A stretch of 64,000 nt of DNA, from positions 6,014,001 to 6,078,000 of the forward strand of contig NC_043009.1 in NCBI RefSeq assembly GCF_006345805.1, read 5' to 3'. How positions within the stretch are numbered: position 1 is the first letter of the stretch; each line of letters starts with the position of its first letter. The position numbers and the translations under genes are program-made. Positions 25,378 through 41,175 of the stretch are shown here, one piece after another. The notes under the pieces were generated by a model. It worked only from the letters and a program-made list of their open reading frames with translations. It did no database searches and was not told the origin of the DNA. The DNA comes from Octopus sinensis. Taxonomy: Eukaryota.

Positions 25378-25555
25378 CTCTTCTTCTTCTTCTTCTTCTT
25401 CTTCTTCTTCTCTTCTTCTTCTTCTTCTTCTTCTTCTTCTTCTTCTTCTTCTTCTTCTTCTTCTTCTTCTTCTTCTCTTCTTCTTCTTCTCTTCTTCTTC
25501 TTCTTCTTCTTATTATATTATTATTATTATTATTATATTATTATTATTATTATTA

Positions 25556-25614
<59 letters not shown>

Positions 25615-25660
25615 ATTATTATTATTATTATTAATTATTATTATTATTTTATTATTATTA
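25378..25660. repeat. (TTC)n followed by (TTA)n
   Basis: Direct inspection. Confidence 0.95.
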
Positions 25661-26102
25661 TTCTCTCTCTCTCCCTCTTTGTATATGTATATACACATAT
25701 ATATATATACATATATATACACTATTTTATACATAGGTGAAGACGGTGAGCTCTTAGTATCATTAGCCCACTGGACATAGCATGTAGTGGAGACTGACAT
25801 GCAGGCGCACACACACACAAACACACACACATACTCTCTCTCTCCCTCTTTCTCGTTCTCACACAGACACTAATAACACTCTTAAGTATATACACTCAAA
25901 CAGTACAGCTCCCTTAAACTACAACATACAATGTATGTTGGTACAACTGAATCTGAGGACGAACACTGTATACACATACATACATACATACATACGTACA
26001 TACTACATACATACATACATACATACATACATACATACATACATACATACGTACATACATACATACATACATGCATACATACATACATACTATATATATA
26101 TC

Positions 26103-26150
<48 letters not shown>

Positions 26151-26158
26151 CATATATA

Positions 26159-27395
26159 CAGGGTTTGCATAAAATAATGGAAACACCTTAAAATTTCAAA
26201 GAAATTAATGTTAATATGGAGTAGGACCACCTTTGGCACTAAGTACAGCTTGAATACTACGAGGTATGAACTCGTAAAAAGTTTGAATTGTTTTCAAAGG
26301 AATTTAGTCCATTCTTCAGCTAAAACAGGCTCCAGTGCTTGTAGTGGTGATAGTTGAAGATATCGAATCCTTATTTGTTTTCTTTCTAAAATGCACCATA
26401 AATATTCAATAGTATTGAGGTCTGGCGACTGTGGTGGATAGATCAGATGTTCAACCTCACTAGAATTTTCCTCGTGCCATTCAGTAACAACTTTCGCTGT
26501 ATGAATTGTTGGATTATCATCTTGTAAGATTGCGTTTCCCTCCGGAAACAGTTCCGCAACAATAGGATGAATTTGATCAGATAAAATTCTTAAATAGTCT
26601 TGACTATTAATTCTGCTTTGAAGGGAAGCCATTGGGCCGACGGATTTCAAAAATATAGCACACCCGCCAAAACCTGATCATCACAAATCCTCCTCTATGT
26701 TTAACAGTTTGAAGAAGGCAGTTTGGGTCAAATGATTCTTTTGGCTGTCTCCACACGTATACTAGGCCGGGGGTCGGAAATAAGTTAAAGGATAACTCAA
26801 CCGAGAAAATAAAATTCTTCCACTGCTGTAGGGACCAATTCTGTAGGTCTTTACTCTACTTTAAACGATTTGCAATGTTTGTTTTTGAAAGTAATGATTT
26901 TCTGATTGCAGCCCTCCTACGGAATCCGGCTTTGTGAATTTCCCGGCGAACAGGCTTTGTGGAAATTCGGTTCTCGTGGTGGCCATTAAGCTCTGCCGTA
27001 ATTGTGGGAGCTGTAATTTTGTGATCATTTCTAACAATTCGAATAAGAGCCCGACGTTACCTATCTGAAAGTTTTGGTTTTCTTCCTGTGTTTTTTTTCG
27101 ACGAGGAGGTTTTTTTTCCTCTTTTTCAAAGTCTGTCATTTCTTTCGAGACTGTACTTCTTGATACACCAAACATTTCGGCTGTTTTCATTACGCTAGTA
27201 CCTATCATACGAGTACCAACAATGTGAGCTCTGATGATGTCTGAAAGGAAACAGCAATTTTAGCAAAACATATTAAGTAACACTAATAATAAATTAAAAA
27301 ACATAAAAATAAACAAGCTTTTGACGGTTTTATAGATATTTTAAAATTATGATGCTATGATGCGAGGTTTGTGTATTATTTTGTCCAATCCCCCC
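26159..27395 (-). mobile_element. Tc1-like DNA transposon with degenerate transposase
   Basis: Left end TA|CAGGGTTTGCATAAAATAATGGAAACACC and degenerate inverted right end. HTH fragment (TAEMFGVSRSTVSK) and DDE fragment (LQDDNPTIH, PQSPDLNTIEYLW). Confidence 0.9.
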
Positions 27396-28371
27396 CTCTC
27401 TCTCTCACTCTCTCTGTATATATATATATATATAAACTTAAAACTGTATCATAAAAGTACAAACAAACGGAAAACATAGAATGTCACCACCTCCTCATCA
27501 GTTATCGGTCAGAGGGCCAAACGCAAGTTTTTTGCCTTACGGCAATAATTCTTTGTAGGTGGCGCCAGCACAAAAACTACAGGGAAACGGTACCAAAGCA
27601 TAACCGAATGAAAATGAACAAATAAGAAATAAATAAACATGCGAGGCAGAAGTGGACATGCGAACATAAATAAACGTGATTCAAGATGACGGTCGATCGA
27701 TGAATATGAAATACATAAACAGATTGAGAGGAATATATGAATAATGCTAAGCAGAAAATCCTAGAGGATTAGAAACAGGAAACCAGATATCGAAACAGGT
27801 TTGAATGGGAGACTAGAGAGAATGCGACTAGTTGCTTCAGCGGACGGCGTGAAAAGAAAGTGAGTAGGGGAAAAAGGAAGAAAAAAGGATGAGCACAGGC
27901 TTCTCATCAGTCGCAAGAGAGAAACAGTGATAGAAGGCATAGAGAGACAGGCATGGCAGAAAGGAAAGAGAGGAGAGAGAGAGAGAAAGAGAGCGTGTGG
28001 ACAGAAAGACAAGAGAATAGATGGGATAGGAATAGTTGTCGTACGAATATGGAAAAAAGTGTACATGTAAATAAAATCAAGGGTACGTAACTTACCACTA
28101 ATTAATTAAAACATATTTGACACAGGTTAAAAAGACAAATACAGAAATTCAAAGAATGGCTCTGGGACAATGGTAAAAGGTCTACCAAGATTGAAGAAGA
28201 TATCTCAGTTCGACTCCCATGGTGAGGACTCGCAATTTTTCACCACAGTGGTTTTCGTTATTTTTTTATTTAAAACAAAGCTTAATTGTAAGTTTCAAGA
28301 CAGTCATCGAGTGCCAAGCGACGAAACTGTCGGACCTTGCGTCACTCTTTTACTTCTGCGAAATATTAATA

Positions 28372-28919
28372 GTGGGTTGTCCGCAAAGTTCGTGCCGATT
28401 TTTAAAGGAAAGGAAAAAGGTCAATAAATACTTGCCATTACATTTTTAATCAACCAAATATGAACCATTTTCTTGCACAATGCGTTTCCATCATTCCTTT
28501 AACTTGAAAATATCCTCTTCTCAGAATTGATGTGGTTTCATGGCAAAGAATTCATCAAGGTACCATTTTACGTCATCAAAGGAATTTAAATTTTTACCAT
28601 TGAGACATAGTGGAAATCCGAAGGAGCAATATCTGGTGAATATGGAGGGTGGGTTAACACATCCCAGCCGAGCTGCAGTAATTTTTGTCTTGTTCACAAA
28701 GCATCAAGTGCCGAAAATGAACTTTCTTATGTCCCATTTTAAAGGGTTACAGAATTAACACAGGTTATAGGAACATAAAACTCCTACCACGAAAACATAG
28801 GTTAAAGTGTGCTCTAAATGGAGGTGTAGTCATATCCTATTTTATGGATTCAACCATGTTCTAAAATAAGTCGCAAGGTAAGCCGCAATAAATCGGCACG
28901 AACTTTCCGGACAACCCAA
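28372..28919 (-). mobile_element. Deleted mariner, copy 2
   Basis: Same TIRs and internal sequence as 4465-5030; TA flanks. Confidence 0.92.
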
Positions 28920-29399
28920 TAAAATTATATATATATTTATATAAATACGTGCGTTTTCTATACAAGAATGCATATTTAGTGTTTTTATGTATATCTCAGT
29001 ATATGAACAATTATACACTTCTCCCCTGCTCCTCTCTCTTTTCTTATTCTTTTCATTAGAAAGCTTTTTAAAATTAATTTTGTATTTGTTGTTTTGTAAT
29101 GTTCTACTTCTTCATAACTTCCATACTCACCTTTTCCTGTCTAGACACTGTTGTTTACAGCGTTCTTCAGAAGCCAGTCTCATAGTGTTGGTATCAGATG
29201 GACAGTAAGACCGCGTACTATGTCTGCACTCAATTTCTTTTCATGTTCTTTTTGTCGCGACCGTTCTTTTTTCTTGTCACTTCCTTATTCATCTCCGTAC
29301 ATTTCGAGATGTGTGTGTTTGTGTGTGAGTGTGTGTTTGTGTATGAGTGTGTATGTATGTGTGTGTGTATGTATGTGTGTGTGTGCACGAGAGTGTGTA

Positions 29400-29908
<509 letters not shown>

Positions 29909-30067
29909 CACCACCAACAAGTATAAAACGAGTTTACACGAACCACCGACGAATGTACATTCAATATCGACATTGCGATAGAAAACAGTTGTGATGAACT
30001 ACACTCTCTCATCTCGTCTTACAGAAATATTCTTGCATTCCATATTTCCCCACACGTTTATCTGTCA

Positions 30068-30292
30068 TTATTTATGCTTTACTTGTTTCAGTAGTTAGAT
30101 TCCGGTCATGCTGGAGCACCGCCTTGAGGAATGTAGTCAAACTAGTCGACCCCAATACCTATTTTCATCTTTGGCATGGTACTTATCCTATCGGTACCTT
30201 TTGTCGAGCCTGCTAAGTTACGCGAACGTAAACACACCAACACTGGTTGTCAAGTAATGGTAGAGGTCAGACACAGACATACACACACACGC

Positions 30293-30326
<34 letters not shown>

Positions 30327-30475
30327 TACAACGGGTTTCTTTCAATTTTCATCTACCAAGTCCACTCAGACATCTTTGGTTGGCCCGAAGCTATCGTAGA
30401 AGACAATTGCCGAATGTGACACGCAGTGGGAGCGAACCCGGAACCGTATGGTCCATCGGAAGTAAACTTCTTACC
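30068..30475 (-). mobile_element. SINE family B, diverged, internal (CA)n
   Basis: Homology to 62191-62620. Confidence 0.8.
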
Positions 30476-31174
30476 CCTAAAATATTTTGTCTCCCCATAC
30501 TGCTATACATCTAAGTCTGCAGATGTCAGTGAAATGTCTTGCAGTAATCAGCACACAAAATTTGAGGTAATTTTAATTACTGTCTTATAATAGCGAGTTT
30601 CTTGGGAAACTTCGGTAAACGATTGCTCCGGAAAGCAATTTCAAATTATAAAGGCTATATAAGCGAATAATAAAGAGTAAACATCATTACACCGGTAAGT
30701 TATTGCTGGTGAGTTTGCTCTCTTTGTATCTAAGTAGCTTTCTGTTGTTTCTGAATTTATAGCCTGGAGTATATTCCAAGTCCCCTCTTATCTCAAGTAA
30801 TCAAGTTTAGTATTGACCATTTAGACCCTATCTTAAAAGTGCAAAATTTCCGCCCTGAGTGAACATCTCAACGGTTTGATGCGTATTTTAAACGACCAGG
30901 ATTGTCATTTAAGCCAACAACAGTCTGTAAACAAACATACATGATACTGGGTTTATTGGGTGCGTTGCTTTCTCTTGTAAATATAAACGTATGACTGGGT
31001 GTATTCATATTTGTGCTTGTATATACATAAACACATTCATGCGTTTATACACATACACAGAGACAGACAGACAGGAAGAAATGGAGAAAGGGATGCATAG
31101 ATAGATATATACATACATATATATTAAAATGTTTAGAGTAGAGAAATGTTTAGAGTAGTATGTATGATATATAT

Positions 31175-31226
<52 letters not shown>

Positions 31227-31819
31227 ATATATATATTTATCAGGCGTGTGTTCAGTGCAGTTTTGTCATTTATCTTCTCTCTCTTAATGATTAATTTATT
31301 AAAATGGGCTTTTATTTATTAAATATTAACACATTGTATGGCCTGTGTTTAGCAAAGTCAAATGTAGGTATGATATGGTCTTGACTACCACCAATTTAAA
31401 ATCTCTTTGAACTTTATATTGGGAGTTAAAGTAAAAAGCATTCGCCGATATGGCCGTGATTTGAAAATTATAATAGTGACAATTCATTTTAGACGCAAGT
31501 CATGTCTGATTGATTATATCTGTTATGAAATTCATTACTTACCAAATTCATTTGTAGCTTTTAACCATCTCCCATTATTATATCATTGAATAATTCTGAT
31601 TTATGTACTTTCAATCCTATTTTCTAATTTGAGGGCGATTTGGCAGCGATTTGTACCAATTTGAACGTCAGCAGTAAAACTGCACAGCTGGCAACGGATG
31701 CTGAGTGGAGAATATATTTCATTGGTAACAAATAAGGAAATATGCAAGTGATACAATTGTTTCTTTGTCATTTGAATCGATCTGGATGTAGATATGTAAG
31801 TGTAAAAGATGTATAAATA

Positions 31820-32178
31820 TTGGGTTGTCCGTAAAGTTCGTGCTGATTTATAGTAGCTTAAATTTCGACGTATTTTAGAACATGGCTGAGTCCATAAAAT
31901 AGGATTTGATTATACCTCCATAGTTTAAGCAACCTATTCGTGGAAGAAGGTTTATGTTCCCATAACCTGTGTTAATTCTGTAACCCTTTAAAATGGTAGA
32001 TAAGAAAGTTTATTTTCGGCAAATTCTGAGAAGAGGTTTTTTTTCAAGTTAAAGGAAAGATGGAGACGCATTGTGCAACAAAATGGTTCATATTTGGTTG
32101 ATTAAAATTGTAATGGCAAGTATTTATTGACCTTTTTCTTTCCTTTAAAAATCGGCACGAACTTTCCGGACAACCGAA
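31820..32178 (+). mobile_element. Deleted mariner, copy 3 (shorter, opposite orientation)
   Basis: TA|TTGGGTTGTCCG...TCCGGACAACCGAA|TA; internal sequence is the reverse complement of copies 1 and 2. Confidence 0.9.
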
Positions 32179-32789
32179 TATTAACGTAAATAAAAAGGTT
32201 GAAAGAGAAAAGAATAACGGACAGAGTCAATATCCATAAACAAGGTTGCAAAAGCAACGAAAGTTTTAAAGCAAATTTATAAATAATAAATGAGTGGAAA
32301 TCGAACCGGTGCGTGTGTTAGATGTTAAGGCATTAAGACAACGTGACTCTCCCCAGAGAAAGCAAAAGAATTATGCGTATGTAATATGTTATCAGGTATC
32401 TGATGCAACAAATGTTGATCACAAAAATGATGTATGAATATTAATTGGGTGGTTGCACATATTATCTATATCTATTCCGTAAGATGAGGTATGCAAATAT
32501 GATGTTTTACCTAATTTCTGTTTCTGCTTATAAGATATGAAAATCTTGAATTAAATCAATTGGAATACTTTGAGAATACATTTAAATGAACGTGGATAGC
32601 CAAGGTGTTCGATAATACCTTTCAGATGTTAGTGAAGACAGAATGTCCGTGTATTTAACTATAAAATATTTTTTCCTGAAAATTTCTGAATACTGCAGTC
32701 ATTTTCTTATTTCTAAAGAATTTTTTTTATACAAAAATCATATTTCATATTCATATCTAAGAGAATCATATTTATATTTTATTACTACT

Positions 32790-32918
32790 AAATGTACCAC
32801 CACTAACTACTACTACTAATAATAATAAAAAGAAGAAGAAGAGGAAGAAGGGGGGAAAAGAAGTATAATGTTGATGATGATGATGATGATGACGACGACG
32901 ATGATGATGGTGGTGGCC

Positions 32919-32950
<32 letters not shown>

Positions 32951-33070
32951 TAGTAGTGGTGGTCGTGGTCGTGGTGGTCGTGGTCGTGGTGGTCGTGGTC
33001 GTGGTGGTCGTGGTGGTGTTGCAGCAGCAGCAGCAGTAGTAGCAGTAGTAGTAGTAGTAGTAGCAGCAGC

Positions 33071-33105
<35 letters not shown>

Positions 33106-33398
33106 AAGTAGTAGTAGAAGAAGAGGAAAAAGAAGAAGAAGAAAAAAAAGAAGAAGAACAACAACAACAAGAACAAGAACAAGAACAAGAAGAAGGAGAA
33201 GAAAAAGAACAAGAAGAAGAAGAAAAAGAAGATGAAGGGGGGAAGAAGGAGAAGGACAAGTTGAAGAAAAAGGAGGGTTAGATGAAGAAGAAGAAGAAGA
33301 AGAAGAAGAAGAAGAAGAAGAAGAAGAAGAAGAAGAAGAAGAAGACAAAAAACGATTATTAGTGCAACAATAATTACCACTACTACCGATGTTGCTGG

Positions 33399-33446
<48 letters not shown>

Positions 33447-33480
33447 GGCTGCTGCTGCTGCTGCGGCTACTGCAACAATA
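32790..33480. repeat. Long compound trinucleotide tract (GAT, TAG, GGT/CGT, CAG, GAA, TAC)
   Basis: Direct inspection. Confidence 0.95.
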
Positions 33481-34624
33481 AAAAGGCGTCTGACGATGAC
33501 AAGTCAAAGGAGTAAAATAATGACAAAAGGAAAGGAATAAAAGAGGGAAAGCAACAATAATGTGTGTATATGCGTGTGTTTGTGAGTGTGTGTGTGTGTG
33601 TGGAAGGGGTGTTGTGTGTGTACGTGTATGTGTGAGTGTGAGCAACATGAAATTGAGAAAGAAAAATAACAGGACGTTACTGATAAGAAAATAGCTTGAT
33701 TATTGACAATTTTTAGACACTTCCTTATTCTGGCTGCCAAGGAGAAGTTAGTGTAGGCGCTGAATAAACGCAACCGCTTAGAAAATAAATAGTATCAATC
33801 GGGATTGCTCTTCAATATAATTGCAATTCATCGTTTGGTTCCGATTGACTGAATATAAGCAGGCGCAGTGATGATGATGTGTGCGCTGGCTTAAGTTTTA
33901 CTCTAAACATACAATTGATTCAGGTAACGGCAAAAGCGACGAGTGTCTAGGCCGTAGCGCGTGAAAAATAACATCGTTATCGTCTGAGTGTCTCGATTAA
34001 ATAAACATGGCCAGAGCTGTTGTAGTAACATAAACAGAAAGACTATATTGTTTATTATGTTCTTTTATTGTACTTGTTGATTCTTATATATGCGTATATA
34101 TACTACAGCTACCACCGATATAGATACCACTACCACCAAAACTAACAACAACCACAACAACTTTCGTTTAATTGAGTGATATTGAAAGTCTGTAGACGCC
34201 ATTAGCATTGGGGAGAGAAAGAAAATATAAGGATGTAAAATGTAATGCAAAGAATGAAACAGAATAGCCGAAAGTGAAAGTGAAACAAGATCAGTCCAAA
34301 TCCTACGTCGTTCATATGCATTATGGGATAGAATGACTCTGACTTTCAGTTGGTGGTTGTATGTTTTTCTTTTCGTTTGTCTTTTGTTTGGAACTTTTGT
34401 TTTATTTTTGTTGTGCTTGTTGTTGCTTCACTAACGACTGCAAACATAACATAAACGTGACAAAGAAAACAATCGAAAACTGTAAATATGCACAAAATAT
34501 TGATAGAGTAAGTAATAAAATGAAACACGTTGCAAACAGGAATATAATACATCTGCAATAAGCACACATCGTCAAATACACGCATAGACTTACACGTCCA
34601 CAGACACCCAGACATATTCACACG

Positions 34625-34625
34625 T

Positions 34626-34657
<32 letters not shown>

Positions 34658-34707
34658 GCATACATACACTTATATATATATATATATATATGTACCTATA
34701 TATTATG

Positions 34708-34774
<67 letters not shown>

Positions 34775-34781
34775 GTATATG

Positions 34782-34837
<56 letters not shown>

Positions 34838-34931
34838 GTGTGTGTGTGTGGTGTGTGTGTGTTTGTGTGTGTGTGCTTATATATATAGAGACACATATAT
34901 ATACATGCATATACGTACACATATAGATATG

Positions 34932-34962
<31 letters not shown>

Positions 34963-34971
34963 ATGCGTCTG

Positions 34972-35010
<39 letters not shown>
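34625..35010. repeat. (TA)n/(TG)n compound microsatellite
   Basis: Direct inspection. Confidence 0.95.
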
Positions 35011-35011
<1 letters not shown>

Positions 35012-36469
35012 TATTTACGTTTGATAATATTCAGAGATAGATACTTGCATGTATTCGTACATTTATTTTGTTATGTCTGTATTATTGACTATTTGTACTT
35101 TATTTCTCTTTTTTACACAGAAAATAGTACTGGAAAATTGTGGTACTAAACAGATACAGGATAATATATGTTATGGAAACATATAATATAAGTCAATAAA
35201 TGAACGTAGAGATTATTCGGAAGTTAGTAATATACATTTCTGCATTCTGTCACGTTTTAAGACGTTTCGAAACGACCTATTTTCGTGCCATGCAATTATA
35301 ATTTAATTATGTGTGTGTGAACGGCCCTCCGAGGCTCTCACCCTGGTCACTTAACCTATTAGAAATAGCAAATAAATTCCTTCAAAGAAATATCTTTCAC
35401 CTTGAAGCGGGAGTGTAGTATTGATCTAATAACCTCCTAGAAATAATGCGTATGAGCAAATGAGTCAGGAGTATCACAGACGTAATGTTGTTGTCCATAG
35501 ATTCACATGATGAGAGCCGATCTAATGATAAGAAACAAGAATGTTGATGTATTGTTAAGTAATGTAACAGAATACATAGGTGAAATTATATTTTATAACA
35601 TGATAATATCATGACAATGTCATTCAAATATTAAGAGGACAAGTTTATTTTCTAAGAAAATATAGCATATATTTTATAATGAATTAGCATTATTCTATTT
35701 ACTTTTCCTTCCTTTCAGTATTTGGGTAGCATATTTGTGTTTGTTCCAACAAGAGAATTATTTTTACATTCACATGGGAGAAGCGAATAATTAATTTAAT
35801 TTAATACGCAAAAGGTTTCACGCAAATGTACCATTATGGTTGGTATATACACGTTCGACAGCTGTACTCTTCCAACTTTTTCAGGTTTTCCTTGTATTCA
35901 GTAACATTCGAGAAAATTTGAATCGAATTTTTTATTAAATCCATAAAAGTACGCCTTTAGTTTGTGATACAGCTTGACACCTTAGCAGAGCTTGTTTTCA
36001 ACATCGAATTCGCATAACTCGTTTGAACGTCGCATAGAATGTTTTGTGGCAGTTGTCCTGATTCCTTTCACTGTATGTTCAAATACCATTTCTTTTCATC
36101 CTATCAGGATCAATAAGAAAGTATCAGTTAAAGGTGATGAATTGGCGAAATTGTAAGAAAACCAGGCTTGTTGCTTTCCAGAATCTCTTCCTGCTCTTTT
36201 CATCCTGAGTTCAAATCTCGTCAAGGGCTTAATTGGATTGTAGCCCTAATTATTTAGTCGGTATAACCGCTCTACCTTAGCTCTTATTTAGTAGACTCCA
36301 CTCTGATGCAATCATTCGAGCTACTCTACCTCCAGGGATTCTTCTCTTATTCTCTCCTACGGGAGAAGACATGGACATTGCAATGCCTCATGTCCAAAAT
36401 ATTGGATCCAAATTCTGACTCAACATGGGCAAGTTCAGACGAGGGGTATAATCGATTATATCGATCTCA

Positions 36470-36615
36470 GGGATCAACTGGTTCATATTTTATGAACCCC
36501 GAAAGAATGAAAGGAAAAGTCGTCGTGGTCAGAATTTTAACTCAGAACGTAAAGACGGATGAAATGCCGCTAAGCATTCTGTCCGGAGTGTTAACCATTC
36601 TGCCAGCTTCCCACC
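36470..36615 (-). mobile_element. SINE family A partial copy
   Basis: CCCGAAAGAATGAAAGG..AACTCAGAACGTAAAGACGGATGAAATGCCGCTAAGCATT. Confidence 0.75.
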
Positions 36616-38143
36616 TTTCATGACCAAAATATCAAAGAAGAAAAAGCTGCGTGATTCAAGCGGAACTAAAAGGTGACGTCACACAGAAATGAGAAAATTA
36701 TCTACTTCCGAGGAATAACTAAAGAATTATCAATATCCTCTGTAGTAAGTTAGCGAAAAGTTAGCTTCTTTCTATTGAATTTTAGTTCGATATCATATAT
36801 TTATTCATTTTTCATTCGTGTTTATATCGTATAGTATATGTATATATATATATATATATATCGCTGAGTAAATAAACAGTTTGTTAATTCACAGATCTGT
36901 CTCTACAGTACAAATCTAAAAATCGCATCAGCTACTTCCTCGGTGTAATTTAAATAGCGAGATTGACTACAAGCATATTAAATGTACTCGTGTAAACATA
37001 TTTAAAATTTAATCGCACACGCATGCTGTTTGAACTATTAAGTTCATTAATACGCGTCGCCAATGTACATACTGATATGTAAATGCTGAGAATCGATATT
37101 GACACAAAAATAGTGTTGAAATATTTTATCCAATTCTCAGTATATATAATGTTTAGATATAATATGAATGGAAGCACATGTAATCATCGTTGTAAACGCT
37201 TCCTTATAAGCAAACATGTGATTCACCTATATACCCATTTAATTATTTGTCAATTTATCTTCACGTAAAATCTGTCGTGGAATATTTTATTTAATTACGA
37301 GATTCAGTAAGTGCTTTATAATAGCATATGCTTATATTATAATGTATAGGATAGTATGACGGTATATATCTATATATGTAACACTGCCGATGCGACCACA
37401 TACTCATATTGTTGTGAATATATGGTGATACGAAGATTTTTCTGGGAGTAAAAATGAGTTTATATAAAATACTTTTGAGATGTCGACTAGAAGCAACCTA
37501 CGAAGCATTGAATGGAATATAGCAGTATACAACCATATTTGGCATGATTATGTACACTCATACGTTGTGTGTTATACGCTAGGGAAAATGTCTCGTTGGA
37601 AATAATTCTCCTTTTGACAATATATTTGAGAGACCCAAGATTCTTCTGTTAATTACATCATCGAATATTGTCCCGCTTGCTTTTCTAAAACGTTTTTTTT
37701 TTCCTTGAAAAAACATTCATGCAGAAGAAATATTTCGATGTCCATGTGTACACGAACCTACACTATTTATATTTAGTATGTTCGGTCACTTGAAATATAT
37801 TCTTGATTATGGTCCTTTGAGATTTATTCTTTTATTATTATGAATCATATGAAGGTATGCGTCTATGTAAGCATTTACTTTATTTTACATCCTTATCTTA
37901 TCATTGGCGAACACATTACGTTGCAGTAGCTGCATGATATATTAGTCTTTAGTTAAAGTATACATAGATACATAAATAATTATACGTACAAAACGGTTTG
38001 TATAAACCTAAATGTAAAATACATATATAAACAATTTAATCACTCATTAATAAACTTAATAAACGCCATCTTGAAATATAAGAGCAAACCCGAATTCAAA
38101 CACTGGTTTATTCATAATATTTATAATATATATATATATATAT

Positions 38144-38440
38144 ATCACCGTGATCAGCATAACTGATTAGGCTATCAGATGTTGCTTAACATCGCTGGTC
38201 ACAATGCGCTTTGCATAGTTTAAGCCTTCAAATGACGCCACCCCGCTGGCTAAGAGAGCAGGCCAAGAGAAGAAAGAGTGAGAGAATGTTGTGGCGAAAA
38301 AGTACAGCATGGATCGCCACCCCTCCCTGCCGGAGCGTCGTGGACCTTTTAGGTGTTTTCGCTCAATAAACACTCACAACGCTCGGTCTGGGTATCGAAA
38401 CCGCGAGTCTGCTGCCCAAACCACTGGGCCATTGCGCCTC
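38144..38440 (-). mobile_element. SINE family C (tRNA-derived head)
   Basis: Minus strand GGAGGCGCAATGGCCCAGTGG...GTTTCGATACCCAGACC; homologous to 39290-39600 and 49612-49925. Confidence 0.85.
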
Positions 38441-38478
38441 CACACACACACACACACATATATATATACATATAAATA

Positions 38479-38525
<47 letters not shown>

Positions 38526-38573
38526 ATATATATAAAACGTGACGTATATATATATTTATCATTGGTATTTATC

Positions 38574-38609
<36 letters not shown>

Positions 38610-39105
38610 TAACCATAATTTTAGAGTAGAAACATTGCATATGTGAGATTCAACGGCTTGTTCCTTTGGCCATTTGTGACTTTATATTAAGGCTAAAGTA
38701 GATTGAAATTATTTTCATCTCATTTTATTCAGTCTGTCGTGTATAAGCATGGGATTAGTGCTAAATTAATCATATATGAGATTAGAATTGCGAATCTATT
38801 TAGCTGTTTGTGAGTTTATTCAAAGGGTAAAACTGCTTGGAATATTTTATATTTAAGATCAAATATTTGTAGTAAGGATTAGGCAAGATATATATATGGG
38901 ATACGAAGAACATACATATATGAGGGTGAATACACATATATGTATACACATATATGTATATATGTACATATACATATATATTTACGTGTAGATATATATG
39001 CATATATATGTACATATTTATATGTGTATCTATAGATATATAGATATATACGCACACATACATACATACATAACATACATACATACATACATATATATAT
39101 ATATA

Positions 39106-39275
39106 AGGAGTGGCTGTGTGGTAACTAGCTTGCTTACCAACCACATGGTTACTGGTTCAGATCTAATGCATAGCATCCTGGGCAAGTGTCTTCTGCTATA
39201 GCCTCGGGCCGACCGAAGATTTCTGAGTGGATTTGGTAAAGGGAAAGTGAAAGAAGCCCGTCGTATACATATACA
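39106..39275 (+). mobile_element. SINE family B, 5' half
   Basis: GGAGTGGCTGTGTGGTAACTAGCTTGCTTACCAACCACATGG. Confidence 0.85.
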
Positions 39276-39289
39276 TATGTGTGTGTGGT

Positions 39290-39600
39290 TTTACGTATGT
39301 GGCTGAGGACTCCACAGATACGTGTAACCTTAACGTAGTTCTCGGGGGGAAGCAGCGTAACACAGTGTGTGAGAAGGCTGGCCCTTTGAAATACAGGTAC
39401 AAAAGAAACAGGAAGAAAGAGTGAGGGAAAACTGTGGTGAAAGAGTACAGCAGGGTTCACCACCACCCAATGTCGGGGCCACGTGTAGCTTTAGGTGTTT
39501 TCGCTCAATAAACTTTCACACCGCCCGTTCTGGGAATCTAAACCGCGATCCCACAAACGCGAGTCCACTGCCCCAACCACTGGGCTATTGCGCCTCCACA
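39290..39600 (-). mobile_element. SINE family C
   Basis: TTTTCGCTCAATAAAC..CCACTGGGCTATTGCGCCTCC. Confidence 0.8.
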
Positions 39601-39689
39601 TGATAGTTGTATAATTAGATACGTATGTTGTATACCAGATACCTTATACACATTTCCAAACTGTCAATTTCAAATATAGAAATATTCTT

Positions 39690-40245
39690 TTCGACTCTAG
39701 GCACAAGGTCCGACATTTTAGGGGTGGAGTCAGTCGATTAGATCGACCTCAGAACGCAACTGGTACTTAATTCATCGACTCCAAAAGAGAGACAGGCAAA
39801 GTCGACCTCGGCGGAATTTGAACTCAGAATTTAAAGACAGACGAAATACCTATTTCTTTACTACCCACAGGGGGCTAAACACAGAGAGGACAAACAAGGA
39901 CAGACGAAAGGATTAAGTCATTTATGTCGACCCCAGTGCGTAACTGGTACTTATTTAATCGACCCCGAAAGGATGAAAGACAAAGGTCGACCTCCGCGGA
40001 ATTTTAACTCAGAATGTAACGACAGACGAAATACCTATTTGTTTACTACCCACAAAGGGCTAAACACAGAGAGGACAAACAAGGACAGACAAACGGATTA
40101 ATTCGATTATATCGACTCCAGTGCTTAACTGGTACTTATTTAATCGACCCCGAAAAGATGAAAGGCAAAGTTCACCTCGGCGGCGGCAGATGAACTACGG
40201 CTAAGCATTTCGCCCGGCGTGCTAAAGTTTCCGCCAGCTCACCGC
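39690..40245 (-). mobile_element. SINE family A, three tandem units
   Basis: Reverse-complement counterpart of the 2142-2762 arrangement. Confidence 0.88.
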
Positions 40246-41143
40246 CTTTCAAATATAGAAAGGTTACCAATCAGTCACACCATAGCTTCACTTACCTGTA
40301 TTCGGTACTAAAAAAATAAAAAGACATCCGCAAATCTCCGACAACGACCGTGCATGGGCAACGCAGACACATACATGTAAGGAATACAATGCAATCTGTT
40401 TTGCGCTAAAATATTTTGCCCCAGTAATGTACCTGCTTTAGTAAATGTAAACAAATACTTTACTTTAGATTAGACATAATTATGTAAATTTGAAAATAAG
40501 AACAACATTGAATAAAAAAAAAATACGATAGAAATTAAAAGCAATTCAAGCAATTAGGAAAGCCAATTCCTTGAAGAAAACATTGTGATATTTATGTCGG
40601 ATTTAGGCTATGATATGCCCTCCAAACATTAATATAACAGAATATATGTAATAGTGTGAATGTAACACCTAATTGGTGTAATTTGAATTCATATTGTAAT
40701 CTGAGCTTTTTCACTTCCTGTGAAATCATATATGCCATGATAACGTGTATTTCAAGATGTTGTAAAGCAACACTAAGACAAGTGTGATATACATTACATT
40801 GTTTAACGAAGTACTAAAACGAAGGAAATTCCTGTTACTAAATCTTCATTAAATTATCTTGCTATTTCAACAGGTAAATCATATCATATTAAGTGAGATA
40901 TTAATATCGCATAGTTTGCGCATTTACGCTATATGTTTGGTATTTAAAATGCTCATTACTAAAGATGCAGTATTTAATTATTTACATGCTACATCGTATA
41001 TTGTTGAAACGCGTATATGTAAACTTGCGAAGTTACACACAAACACCACACACACACACACACACATAAACTCACACACTATTATATACGTGTGTGTATA
41101 TATTATTTGTGTTTCTGTGTCTATGTGCTTGTATGGATTAATG

Positions 41144-41175
<32 letters not shown>

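Noticed and set aside
27490-27610. CTGATGAG (minus) and GAAACGGTA (plus) near a TA tract
   Set aside because: They lie on opposite strands and do not assemble into a ribozyme.
33860-33995. Possible C/D box snoRNA (GTGATGA..CTGA with weak terminal stem)
   Set aside because: Box C lies in a GAT repeat, there are no clear C'/D' boxes and no rRNA complementarity was recognised.
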